Below, piece after piece: positions 22,733-31,626 of a DNA stretch of 32,000 bases. Numbering within the stretch: position 1 is the stretch's first letter; each line of letters begins with the position of its first letter. The DNA is from Pirellula staleyi DSM 6068. GTDB lineage: Bacteria; Planctomycetota; Planctomycetia; Pirellulales; Pirellulaceae. Made by a program: the position numbers and the translations under genes. Location of the stretch: the NCBI GenBank assembly GCA_000025185.1, contig CP001848.1, positions 1,230,001-1,262,000 on the forward strand, read 5' to 3'. The notes under the pieces were generated by a model. That model searched no databases and was not told the origin of the DNA. It worked only from the letters and a program-made list of their open reading frames with translations.

Positions 22733-25075
22733 TTAGGGCTGCAAATGTCGCAGCAAAAACTCACTTCGCAGCCGTGAACCAAACGGGGTTTCGGCCGCGC
22801 CGTGCCCTGCACCCATGATCGGCATGTAGTCGAACGTTTTGCGAGCGCGCTGCAAAGCGGCCACCACTTGCGCTGTGCTGGCGGGGTCGACGTTGGTATC
22901 GAGTTCCCCGACGATCAGCAGCAGATGACCTTCGAGCTTCGAAGCGTCGACCATGTTCGAATTTTGGGCGTAGCTCTCGTCGACCGGATAGCCCATCCAC
23001 TGCTCGTTCCACCAAATCTTATCCATCCGGTTGTCGTGACAGCCACAGTCGGCGACCGCGACGTGATAGAAGTCGTGATGATCGAGCAGCGCGCGCATGG
23101 CGTTCTGTCCTCCGGCACTCCCGCCGATGATGCCGACGCGACTGAGGTCCATGTAGGGACGCTCTGCCGCTGCCGCTTTGATCCACGCAATTCGGTCGGG
23201 AAATCCGGCATCCTTGAGGTTCTTATAGCAAACATCGTGAAACGCTTTGCCACGATGGTTGGTCCCCATGCCGTCGATCTTCACGACGATGAAGCCGAGC
23301 TCAGCGAGGGTGTGATAGCGCGCGTGAGGACCGAACTCTTTGGGGACGAAAGCGGAATGAGGACCGGCGTAGATATCTTCGACGATTGGATATTTTTTAT
23401 TCGGATCGAAGTTCGACGGCTTCACGAGGAAGCCATGAATATCGGTCACACCGTCGCGCCCTTTGGCGACAAAACGCTCGGGGAGCTGAACGCCCGTTTC
23501 GAGAAGCGCGGTGATCTCGGCCGACTCGAGCTCCGCGACGAGCGAACCATCGCTGCTGCGGCGCAGCTGGTGGACCGGCGGCAGATCGACGCGCGACCAG
23601 CGATCGATGAACAGCTGACGGTCGGGAGAAAACTCGGCGCTATGGGTCCCATCCCCTTCGGTCAGCTGCACGAGCCCCGTTCCGTCGAAATTCACGCGGC
23701 ATAGATGCAGGTGATACGGATCTTCTCCAGCGCGCCGGCCCGACGCCATGAACCACACCTGACGCTGCTCGCTATCGACATGCTCGATTTTTCGGACGAC
23801 CCACGCACCTTGTGTCAGCTGGTTTTTGATCGCGCCGGTTTTCAGATCGACCAGGTAGAGATGGGCCCAGCCATCGCGCTCGCTCATCCAGAGAAGTTCG
23901 CTCGTGGCGGGGAGCCAATGGCGCCACGTTTTGCTGGTGTAGTCGATGAAGGTGGGGCTCGTTTCTTCGACAATCGCGCGGGGGAGAGCAGTGGCGCGAT
24001 CGACGGCGATGATGCGAAACGTCTGATGCCCGCGCGCGTTGTAATCGAAGTAGAACTCGCTGCTGTCGTCAGCCCACTCGATGTCGAGCTGCGTGCTTTC
24101 GGTAAACGGATGATCGAACAATTTGGTGTCGATCGGCTGCGGAGTCGCCTTCCCATTTTCGATCCGAAAGAGGACCGGAACGGGACGTGGCAGTGGATCG
24201 CCCGGTTTGACGTAGCGGACTTGCCGCAGCTTGGGCTGTAGCTGATCGTCGGGGGTCGATTCGACGATGGTGATTTGACGCGGCTCGATTTTTTCGGCGT
24301 AACTGACAACAAACGCTTGCGAATCGGGAGCCCAGGTGATGCCGCCGCGCACTGGGTACTGCGGGTCGAGGTCGGTCTTCAGCGGCTGGATGACGCCACT
24401 GTCGCGGTTCCGCAGCAAGAGGTTTCCCTCCTCGACGTAAGCGACCCACTTGCGGTCGGGAGATTGTCCACCACCACCGCGCGGCGCACGACGCTCGCGC
24501 ACTTCATTCTCGGCTTCGCCGTCGATCAGCACCTCGCGAATCGTTGGGCCCACTTCAATCCGCGCCAGGTCGGTTCCGGCTTCGTCGCGTAGCAGCCATT
24601 GATGCCGGTGGTAGCTCGGCTGTTGGTGTTTCGCGCCGGCGTCGATCGTCTCGTACTCGACGAGCTCTCCCTGCGGATCGATCCACCACAGCTGCACTTT
24701 GCGATCGAGCGTATTACTAAAGCGCAACCCCGAGGCGACTCCCCCCGCCTGCGAGCGGCGCCGATCGAGGGTCGCTTGCCGCGTCCGAATCGGCTCGGGA
24801 GGTGGGAGATTCAGGTCGGCAAACTTCGCCGAGGTTTGCTTCTCGCCGGTGGTGGTGTCGACCAGCACAAACGCTTCACGATTGCGGCCTGTTTCGACTC
24901 GATACCAGAGATGCTTCCCCTCTTCGAGCCAGTGCGGCTCGAGTCGATGGCGAAAGACGTTGCCACTGATCCGGCGGCTGAAGGCTTGCGCGCGATCGAT
25001 GCGCTCGTCGGCCGAAGCGCTCGCGATAAGAAACATCACTAGCAGCGCCAGAGCGAGCCGGGGAGCAAACTTCAT
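22733..25075 (-). CDS. Secreted S9B-family serine peptidase (dipeptidyl-peptidase IV-like: beta-propeller + alpha/beta hydrolase)
   Basis: Track ORF 22733..25273. The ATG at 25075 gives the signal peptide MKFAPRLALALLVMFLIASASA|DE (780 aa). Nucleophile elbow IIGGSAGGQNA. C-terminal GELDTNV and GAGHG complete the Ser-Asp-His order. Confidence 0.9.
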   Translation of the reverse strand: MKFAPRLALALLVMFLIASASADERIDRAQAFSRRISGNVFRHRLEPHWLEEGKHLWYRVETGRNREAFVLVDTTTGEKQTSAKFADLNLPPPEPIRTRQATLDRRRSQAGGVASGLRFSNTLDRKVQLWWIDPQGELVEYETIDAGAKHQQPSYHRHQWLLRDEAGTDLARIEVGPTIREVLIDGEAENEVRERRAPRGGGGQSPDRKWVAYVEEGNLLLRNRDSGVIQPLKTDLDPQYPVRGGITWAPDSQAFVVSYAEKIEPRQITIVESTPDDQLQPKLRQVRYVKPGDPLPRPVPVLFRIENGKATPQPIDTKLFDHPFTESTQLDIEWADDSSEFYFDYNARGHQTFRIIAVDRATALPRAIVEETSPTFIDYTSKTWRHWLPATSELLWMSERDGWAHLYLVDLKTGAIKNQLTQGAWVVRKIEHVDSEQRQVWFMASGRRAGEDPYHLHLCRVNFDGTGLVQLTEGDGTHSAEFSPDRQLFIDRWSRVDLPPVHQLRRSSDGSLVAELESAEITALLETGVQLPERFVAKGRDGVTDIHGFLVKPSNFDPNKKYPIVEDIYAGPHSAFVPKEFGPHARYHTLAELGFIVVKIDGMGTNHRGKAFHDVCYKNLKDAGFPDRIAWIKAAAAERPYMDLSRVGIIGGSAGGQNAMRALLDHHDFYHVAVADCGCHDNRMDKIWWNEQWMGYPVDESYAQNSNMVDASKLEGHLLLIVGELDTNVDPASTAQVVAALQRARKTFDYMPIMGAGHGAAETPFGSRLRSEFLLRHLQP

Positions 25076-25112
25076 GACCGAGGCTTTCGTCGGCAGGAGG
25101 AAGGCGGGTGGC

Positions 25113-25688
25113 TCAGGTGGAGGCTCTCCCCGTCGCCATGCCATAAGCATAGTCAAACAGCAGCCACCATTCGAGATCTTGCAGCTGCAGGGCGAGGGTC
25201 TGCTGCGCGGTCGGCTTGCTGACGCTCGCCTCGATAAAATCGACCAGCAGCGCGGGGTCCCAAGTGGTGGCACTTTGGTAGAGCTTCATCAGCTCGCGAT
25301 CGTCGCTCTGGCTCGCCAGCTTGCGCGCGGCAGCCAGCAGCTGTGGTCCCGCCGGATGCCGTCCGACTCGCCGCATCCAGTACTTCGCGTTCCAAAAATC
25401 CCCTTCGCGACGATGCAGAATGCCGTGCCAATAGCTGCCGCTGGGGGTCTCGATATCTTGGCTGATGCTGTGCGACTGCTCGAAAAAATCGAAGCGGAGC
25501 CAGAGTGCCGCAAGACAGCACTTAGCCTCGTCGTCGTCGAAAAGTCGACGCTGGCCGAGCGCGGCAGGAAGCGTGAGCGATTCTAGCGCCGAGCGGAAAC
25601 TATCGTCGGCCCGGCCAAACTTCAGTGGCATCGCCACTTCCACGGCCAAGAGGGGGTCGATTGCAGGAGAATAGGCGCGAGGCTGCAT
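25113..25688 (-). CDS. Hypothetical cytoplasmic protein (191 aa) with WHGILHRREGDFWNAKYW motif
   Basis: Clean ORF with protein-like composition, 37 nt upstream of the DPP-IV-like gene on the same strand. An alternative ATG at 25631 has GGAAG 6 nt upstream. I recognise no family. Confidence 0.65.
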   Translation of the reverse strand: MQPRAYSPAIDPLLAVEVAMPLKFGRADDSFRSALESLTLPAALGQRRLFDDDEAKCCLAALWLRFDFFEQSHSISQDIETPSGSYWHGILHRREGDFWNAKYWMRRVGRHPAGPQLLAAARKLASQSDDRELMKLYQSATTWDPALLVDFIEASVSKPTAQQTLALQLQDLEWWLLFDYAYGMATGRAST

Positions 25689-25772
25689 CAGCGGTCATTC
25701 AGTCTCAAGGAGTCTCAAACCAACAGAGAGTGTCGAATCTTCTCATCAAACCATCTACGAATCATGAAACAG

Positions 25773-25807
25773 TTAGAACCCAAAACAACAGCAGCTTTGG
25801 GTTCTAA
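25773..25807 (-). terminator. Terminator-like hairpin downstream of the YdjY-like gene
   Basis: Perfect 12-bp stem ttagaacccaaa / tttgggttctaa with an 11-nt loop, 45 nt after the stop at 25853. The sense strand continues ctgtttcat (modestly T-rich). Confidence 0.55.
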
Positions 25808-25852
25808 GTGGATGAATTTGCTTCGAAGACCAGTGACGAACCGATGGCCGTA

Positions 25853-26722
25853 CTATTTGCTAGCTTCGGCAGGCTGCTTTTCGGTCTCGGGCTGCTTCGG
25901 TTCTGGGGCAGCTTCGGGAGCAGCATCAGCCGGTTTGGCCCGAGGAATCAGCACCAAACGGACCTTGGTCCCCTTGGGGGGGATGTTCTCGGTGAAGGCG
26001 GTGAAGAGGAGATCGGTATTGGCCTGCGAGCTTTCGACCGGCAGATCGAGGGTCGCGGTGGGGAAGTTCGAGACGCAGATAAAATCGCCACCGTTGGCTT
26101 GATAGTGCTGCTTTCCGGTCTCTTCATCTTTCCAGAAACCGCTCCCGGCAAAGACCCAATCAAAGGCCATCGCCTTTTGTGTTTTGGCATGTTTAATCCA
26201 CTGCTGCGCCTTCACTTGATGCCGCTCGCCTTGGGCATCTTTCCAGAGGATATAGATATCGATGATATCTCCCTTGGCGGCGACATATTCAGGATCAAAG
26301 CGGACAGGAGTTCCCGATTTTGCGCCAGCGGCCAGGAGTCCGGCGTGAACCGTTTCGGGAATGCAGTTGAGGGAAATAACCGACTCGTGTTCCTTGGTCC
26401 CCTTGGGGCAAGCGAACATTTCGAGCTGCCCTTCGCGGAGGCAAACTTCGCCATCGATGATCACCGCGCGGCGTTTCTTGTCGAGCCAGACGTCGTGGGT
26501 TTTTGAGAGTTTTACGAGATGCTCGGGGAGCGGCTCGTCGCTGGCGGCTGGGCTAGCGGCTTCAGCTGGCTTGGTTTCAGGTGCTGGGGCATCTGTCGCA
26601 GCGGCTGTTGCTGGGGTGTCTGTCGTAGGGACAGCCTCTTGAGCGGTGAGGAGGGTCGCGCCGACGCCGACGACCACCACCAGTGCCAGGAGCGCAAGTG
26701 ACATGAGGAACTGACGAACCAT
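25853..26722 (-). CDS. Secreted YdjY-domain-like protein with Pro/Ala-rich N- and C-terminal tails
   Basis: 289 aa. N-terminal anchor/signal MVRQFLMSLALLALVVVVGVGATLLTA. Core VWLDKKRRAVIIDGEVCLREGQLEMFACPKGTKEHESV...FDWVFAGSGF resembles, from memory, proteins annotated as YdjY domain-containing in Planctomycetes. The antisense ORF 25808..26506 is rejected. Confidence 0.75.
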   Translation of the reverse strand: MVRQFLMSLALLALVVVVGVGATLLTAQEAVPTTDTPATAAATDAPAPETKPAEAASPAASDEPLPEHLVKLSKTHDVWLDKKRRAVIIDGEVCLREGQLEMFACPKGTKEHESVISLNCIPETVHAGLLAAGAKSGTPVRFDPEYVAAKGDIIDIYILWKDAQGERHQVKAQQWIKHAKTQKAMAFDWVFAGSGFWKDEETGKQHYQANGGDFICVSNFPTATLDLPVESSQANTDLLFTAFTENIPPKGTKVRLVLIPRAKPADAAPEAAPEPKQPETEKQPAEASK

Positions 26723-27048
26723 GGTGAAATCTCCCTTGGTGTCGCGCGGTTCGAGGTCGGGGAAAGGGTTGCGGCAAGTGCGACGCGCACCTGCGAAACA
26801 GCCTTCAGCGGCGACTTCGATCGCGATTCTGGCCCTGCGCTGGCACCATCGGCTACGAGCAAGGCCCGGTCAACGACACCCTTTGGTTATAGCAGGTTGC
26901 CGCGCTCCGTTCGACGTCGAGCGGCCCACAAGTTTTTTCGATCTCGGCCAACAAGAAGGGTCCCTAGTTCTCTTTCAGCAGGCCCCCGAAGTGGGGTAGA
27001 GTGAGTCCTCGGTTCACGTTTGGCCCAACTTCCACCGTAGCACTTGCG

Positions 27049-28389
27049 ATGCGAATCATCCCCCGGCTCCGCTTTTCGTTGCGCACGCTGCTGATCCTCA
27101 CCACACTGGTGGCGGCAGGGCTGGGTTATTTTTGCTGGTTCGAAGCCCCCGCCATCAACCTGCAGCAGCGTGAGCAGGAAGCGTTTTGCGACGAGCTCCT
27201 TACTAACCCACCCTTTTTTGAATCGATGCCTGACTGGGAAGAGCTTCCGCAAGGTCCGCTGGGTCAGTTGCTCGGCCGGAAGCGTGGGCGGCGTTTGATG
27301 GGGCTAGACCTTCTCATCCGTTACGGCAGCGATGACGCTTCCAAAGTGGTCCAAGGGTTTGAGCTTATCGAACGCCACAAAGGTTTGAATATTCGCAGGA
27401 TCGTGGTGCAGACTTACAACAAAAAAACTCCTCTGCCCATTCCTGCGCGCAAGCTTCCGAAACACGCGACTGAAATCTATCTCCAGGGGATCATCCTCGA
27501 AGCTGAGCTGCTGCATTCCCTCGGCGAGCAGAAAAACCTCACTCATCTTTTTCTCGATGGATGTCCTTTCCGGACGAACGATCTAAAGGAGTCGAACCGA
27601 CAGCTCTGGGAGACTCTCAGACCCCCACTCGACACTCTGGACGTACGCAACATGGAACTCTCGGCTCAGTCGTGCAGCCAACTGAGCCATCTTCCACACC
27701 TTAAGTTCATTAAATTTGACCACTGCGAATTTGTCGCTCAGACAGGGGCACTCAGCAAACGAGTCCCCGCCGAGGCGCTTCCAGCTTCTCTCGGATATCT
27801 TCGGATTGAGCGACAAGAACTCGATGCTGCATTCTTCGCACAGCTGAAGCACTGCACCAAGTTGCTTGGGATTCACTTACCCGATTGTCGCGTCAGCGAT
27901 ATTCCTGCGGATCAGGTTGTTGCCCAACTTCTGCCGCAGCTACCTCGCGAAATCGAGCTGCTTACTATCCCAGCATGGAGCGCCACTGCCGACGATATCC
28001 GCGCAGCTGCGAGATTCAATCAGCTGAAGTGGATGTCGATTACGAATACCGGAAAGCCACCTGCGGTAAGCGATGTCGAGCAGTTGTCCGATCGGCTGGA
28101 ATTCCTGGATCTGAAGACCGACCAGGTGGAGAACTGGATCGAGGGACTGCGCAATCGTCCCGCTTCCCCGCAAATCAGAATTGAAGCACTGCAGCCGATC
28201 CCCGCCGACGTTGTACAACGGTTGGTCGACCATCCCCCCACCCGCCGGTTTGAAATCATCGACCGAAAACTCGATGCGAATAGCGTCGACCGACTTCGGC
28301 AAGCTGGAGTTTGGATCAATCTCACACCCCCTTCAACTTATAGCTACCAACCACCCCCTATCGTCCGCACGCTCCCCTTGGCTCCTTAA
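27049..28389 (+). CDS. Membrane-anchored leucine-rich-repeat protein
   Basis: The track start 27001 is GTG. The ATG at 27049 gives MRIIPRLRFSLRTLLILTTLVAAGLGYF, the Planctomycete-type RFSLRTLL anchor. Irregular LRR-like units follow (LTHLFLDGCPF, LDTLDVRNMELS, LPHLKFIKFDHCEF, LGYLRIERQEL, LLGIHLPDCRV). Confidence 0.75.
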   Translation: MRIIPRLRFSLRTLLILTTLVAAGLGYFCWFEAPAINLQQREQEAFCDELLTNPPFFESMPDWEELPQGPLGQLLGRKRGRRLMGLDLLIRYGSDDASKVVQGFELIERHKGLNIRRIVVQTYNKKTPLPIPARKLPKHATEIYLQGIILEAELLHSLGEQKNLTHLFLDGCPFRTNDLKESNRQLWETLRPPLDTLDVRNMELSAQSCSQLSHLPHLKFIKFDHCEFVAQTGALSKRVPAEALPASLGYLRIERQELDAAFFAQLKHCTKLLGIHLPDCRVSDIPADQVVAQLLPQLPREIELLTIPAWSATADDIRAAARFNQLKWMSITNTGKPPAVSDVEQLSDRLEFLDLKTDQVENWIEGLRNRPASPQIRIEALQPIPADVVQRLVDHPPTRRFEIIDRKLDANSVDRLRQAGVWINLTPPSTYSYQPPPIVRTLPLAP

Positions 28390-28391
28390 CC

Positions 28392-28488
28392 ATGGCTCCG
28401 ACAGCCGCGACCCCTGCCCCGCTTTTCCCTGCGGTGGCTCATGGTTGCCGCCACCAGTCTGGCGATTCTGTTTGCGGCTGAAAAATAG
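28392..28488 (+). pseudogene. Orphan, frame-disrupted N-terminal RFSLR membrane-anchor fragment
   Basis: The ATG at 28392 reads MAPTAATPAP... . The next frame reads ...PRPLPRFSLRWLMVAATSLAILFAAEK* (stop 28486-28488). The two are joined only by a 1-nt shift within the C-runs at 28411-28420. The motif is the same as the N-terminus of the preceding LRR protein. Confidence 0.25.
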
Positions 28489-28652
28489 GGTTCGGCGAAA
28501 ATGCGACGCTGGCCGGGGAAGTGTCGCAAAGGGGGCGGAGCGTGTAGGATTTGCGGTAGCAATTCCCAGCGGCGCGCAAGACGGGCGGATGACGCGCTGC
28601 TGGTGAAGTTTTTCGCTGCCGGACTTCTGTCGCGGGCCAGTGGGCTCCCAAC

Positions 28653-30512
28653 GTGACTGCACCAGAGAAAACTCGCACCTTCTATATGCCAAGCACCTCG
28701 AGTCGCGCTCCCCTGAAACGTGCCCCCGCAGCCAAACAGCCCGTGGCGAGCCCCGCCCCTTCGCCGGACGACTACGTCCGCTGGCGCGAGCATTTGGGGG
28801 CTCGCAAAACGCCCAAGCTGCCAGCCGCTGTGGCGGCGCAAGGAAAGCTGCTGCCACTTCTGGCGCTCGGCACCCACACCCAGCTGTCGGACGCCGGCCG
28901 CACGCTTGCCGAGCAGCTGAGCAAAGTGGCCGCTGGTGGAAAGCCGAGCCCCACGCTCACCGGCGCGCTCACCGCATTTGCCACCGGCATCACGCCTCCG
29001 ATGAAGCCAGCCGAGTGGGGAGTGTTGGCGATTGCCATCACGCAGGCGCTCCCCCGGCTCGCCACGCTGCTGCCGGGGGAAACCTGGTGCCAACTGGCCG
29101 ACGAAATCTTGCGCGAAGCGCGCGAGGGGAAGTATCCTCCCGATCCATCCGACGATCCGCTCGCGTGGCTGCTGCTGCGGGTCGAATTGCCCCTGACGAT
29201 GTCGGCCCTCTTTCCGGAGTTTGAAACCTCGCGCGAGACCCTTGCGCAGATCCGAACGCTGGTCGAAAAAACGCTCGAAGAAGTGGTCGACGAGCAAGGG
29301 TTGCTCTGCGCGGCAGCGCATCGCGATTTTGGAGGCACCCTCGCCGCGCTGCTGCGGATTCGCGCGCTCGAGACACTCCTCGACTCGCCGATCCTGACCG
29401 ACGCGCACCTCAGCTCGCTCCGCGCGATGCTGATGAACTTCATGCGGCTCTTACATAGTAAAGATCAGCTTGCGCTAGTCACCTCCGCTGGCTCGTGGAG
29501 CGTGACGAAAGAAGATCGCCTGCTGGTAAAACAGGGGCTCGCGCTCTTTCCGAAGGCGCAGCGCGCGGTGCTGGAAGAACTGCTCGAAGCGAGTGGTTCG
29601 GCGAAAGCCAAAACATCGACCAGCGCGCTTCCACCCCCGGCCAATTACAGCGAATCGGCCGGCGTGGCGATTTTGCGCAGTTCGTGGCAAGCGCCGCGCA
29701 CGCAAGTGACGGTGACGTTTGTCGACGCCACTTGCACCCTGGAAGTGCTCGCTGCTGGCGAGCCCGTTTTCTCCGGAGATTGGCCGCTGGAAGTGAAGCT
29801 CGATGGTGCGGCGATTGCCCCGAGCGACAGCTGGGAAGAAGTGCTGTGGCACAGCGATGCCGATGTCGACTACCTCGAGATCGAAATCGCGCTCGAAGGG
29901 GGTGTCAGGCTGCAGCGTCAGATTTTGCTCTCGCGCAAAGATCATGCTCTCCTCTTGGCCGAAGCGGTTCTCGGGGAAGAAGTTTTTGCGAAAGAGGCGA
30001 CGCATAAGCTGGCGATCAACACCGTGCTGCCACTCGCCCAGGAAGTGCACCTGGCGACCGAGCGCGAAACGCGCGACGCGCGGCTGTCGCGCGAGAACAA
30101 ATCGCTCGCCAGTGTCTTGCCACTTTCGCTCGCCGAATGGCGCGCCGAACTCTCCCCCGGCGAGATGATCGAGCGCCGCACCGCAGGGAGCGACGGACCT
30201 TCGCTCCTCGTCCATTCGCAAGCGATCGAGGGACGCAATCTCTACGCCCCACTGTTCATCGATCTGCACCCCGCGCGGCGCAACATGCCTGTCACCTGGC
30301 GACGACTCACCGTGGCGGAAAATCTCACGATCGTGCGCCGCGATGCTGCAACCGGCTATCGCGCCCAGGTCGGTCCCTGGCAATGGCTCGTCTATCGTTC
30401 GCTCGGCATCCAAGCGAATCGAACGCTGCTGGGACAGAACTACGCCACCGAATTTGTCTGCTGCCGATTTTGCCCCAACGGGTCGACCGAAGATATCCTC
30501 GAGGTCCAGTGA
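28653..30512 (+). CDS. Hypothetical protein (619 aa; helical N-half, beta-rich C-half)
   Basis: GTG at 28653, with an alternative ATG at 28686. Protein-like composition throughout. The overlapping minus-strand ORFs 28386..29408 and 29475..30557 are Arg-rich antisense shadows. No family is confidently recognised. Confidence 0.7.
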   Translation: MTAPEKTRTFYMPSTSSRAPLKRAPAAKQPVASPAPSPDDYVRWREHLGARKTPKLPAAVAAQGKLLPLLALGTHTQLSDAGRTLAEQLSKVAAGGKPSPTLTGALTAFATGITPPMKPAEWGVLAIAITQALPRLATLLPGETWCQLADEILREAREGKYPPDPSDDPLAWLLLRVELPLTMSALFPEFETSRETLAQIRTLVEKTLEEVVDEQGLLCAAAHRDFGGTLAALLRIRALETLLDSPILTDAHLSSLRAMLMNFMRLLHSKDQLALVTSAGSWSVTKEDRLLVKQGLALFPKAQRAVLEELLEASGSAKAKTSTSALPPPANYSESAGVAILRSSWQAPRTQVTVTFVDATCTLEVLAAGEPVFSGDWPLEVKLDGAAIAPSDSWEEVLWHSDADVDYLEIEIALEGGVRLQRQILLSRKDHALLLAEAVLGEEVFAKEATHKLAINTVLPLAQEVHLATERETRDARLSRENKSLASVLPLSLAEWRAELSPGEMIERRTAGSDGPSLLVHSQAIEGRNLYAPLFIDLHPARRNMPVTWRRLTVAENLTIVRRDAATGYRAQVGPWQWLVYRSLGIQANRTLLGQNYATEFVCCRFCPNGSTEDILEVQ

Positions 30513-30573
30513 TCGAGGCGAGCTTTTCGCCCGTCGCGCAAGACCCATCACCTCCACTCGCTAGTCACCTCCG

Positions 30574-31308
30574 ATGCCTCTCTCTGCTGACGAGCGCACG
30601 CTCCTCGAGCGCAACCTGCTGCAGGTGCAAGCGCGCATCGCCAGCGCCTGCGAGCGTGCCGGGCGAGCGCCGCGCGACGTGCGCCTCGTCGCCGTCACCA
30701 AGTATGTTTCGGCCGAAATTGCCGCCGAAATCGCATCGCTGGGGCAGATCGATCTCGGTGAAAGTCGCCCGCAGCAAATCTGGGAGAAACAGCCGATCTT
30801 GGCGAGCGACCCGCGTCTTGCCGCGCAGCCGATCCGGTGGCACATGATCGGCCCTTTGCAGCGGAACAAGATTCGCCGCACGCTGCCGCTGGTCGATCTG
30901 CTCCACTCGGGCGAGAGCCTGAAGCTGCTTGAAAGCCTCGACGAAGAAGCAGCCAAAGCGGGGCTCACGTCGCACGTTCTGCTGGAAGTGAATCTCTCGG
31001 GAGATACCACCAAGCATGGCTTTCGCGCCGACGAACTCCCCGCGCTCCTGCCGCAACTAACAGCGCTCACGCATCTGCGAATCGATGGGCTGATGACGAT
31101 GGCCGCGCTCGAGGGAACACTCGACGACGCGCAGCGCCTGTTTGCGCAGCTGCGAGCCGTGCGCGACAAGCTCCGCGAGCAATCAGCCGGCGCACTCGAG
31201 CTCCCCGAACTCTCGATGGGGATGAGCGACGATTTCGAGCGCGCGATTCTCGAAGGGGCCACGCTGGTCCGGGTCGGCAGCGCGCTGGTCGAGGGACTCG
31301 GCGCGTGA
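30574..31308 (+). CDS. yggS: YggS-family pyridoxal-5'-phosphate homeostasis protein
   Basis: 244 aa. PLP-lysine context RLVAVTKYV. Also GESRPQQ, WHMIGPLQRNK, LLEVNLSGDTTKHG, GLMTMA, LSMGMSDDFE.AI..GAT.VRVGSAL. Confidence 0.92.
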   Translation: MPLSADERTLLERNLLQVQARIASACERAGRAPRDVRLVAVTKYVSAEIAAEIASLGQIDLGESRPQQIWEKQPILASDPRLAAQPIRWHMIGPLQRNKIRRTLPLVDLLHSGESLKLLESLDEEAAKAGLTSHVLLEVNLSGDTTKHGFRADELPALLPQLTALTHLRIDGLMTMAALEGTLDDAQRLFAQLRAVRDKLREQSAGALELPELSMGMSDDFERAILEGATLVRVGSALVEGLGA

Positions 31309-31613
31309 TCGAACTTTCGCAAACCACCGACGGCGTGCTCGTGGGGGTGAAAGCGCAAGCCGCTGCGAAGAAAAACAGCCTGCGCGGCGAACATGCGGGG
31401 CTGCTGAAAATCAGCGTCACCACCGCCCCCGAAAAAGGGAAAGCCAACGACGCGATTGCCGACCTGCTCGCCGCAGCCCTTGCTGTGCGGCGCAGCGCGG
31501 TGCAGATCGTCGCCGGTCACACGCAGCCGCTGAAAAAATTCCTGATCAGCGGCGCTTCGCTCGACGAAGTGCGCGAGAAAATCGCCCGCGCCCTCGAAAA
31601 CGCCCAGCCATAG
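31305..31613 (+). CDS. yggU: DUF167/YggU-family protein
   Basis: 102 aa. The GTG start overlaps the yggS stop (GTGA, 4-nt overlap). Motif EKGKANDAIADLLAAAL...V.IV.G is typical of DUF167. Confidence 0.85.
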   Translation: MIELSQTTDGVLVGVKAQAAAKKNSLRGEHAGLLKISVTTAPEKGKANDAIADLLAAALAVRRSAVQIVAGHTQPLKKFLISGASLDEVREKIARALENAQP

Positions 31614-31626
31614 CACCTACAAAACC

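Noticed and set aside
19451-25586. Series of plus-strand ORFs (19451..20371, 20399..21343, 21635..22777, 22802..23704, 23705..24241, 24699..25586) opposite PolX, the GTPase, the peptidase and the 191-aa orphan
   Set aside because: All are Arg/Gly/His-rich with no motifs. The minus-strand products have complete PolX, P-loop/TGS and S9 catalytic signatures.
29473-30573. Exact 15-nt repeat CGCTAGTCACCTCCG at 29473-29487 and 30559-30573
   Set aside because: A 15-mer recurring once in 32 kb (both strands considered) is about what chance predicts. One copy is inside a CDS and the other is just upstream of yggS, with no supporting structure.
28386-31616. Minus-strand ORFs 28386..29408 (340 aa), 29475..30557 (360 aa) and 30561..31616 (351 aa)
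   Set aside because: The last one mirrors yggS/yggU, which are certain. The first two are extremely Arg-rich (for example RRTTRFEQFFQHRALRLRKERE) compared with the balanced 619-aa plus-strand product, so they are treated as antisense shadows.
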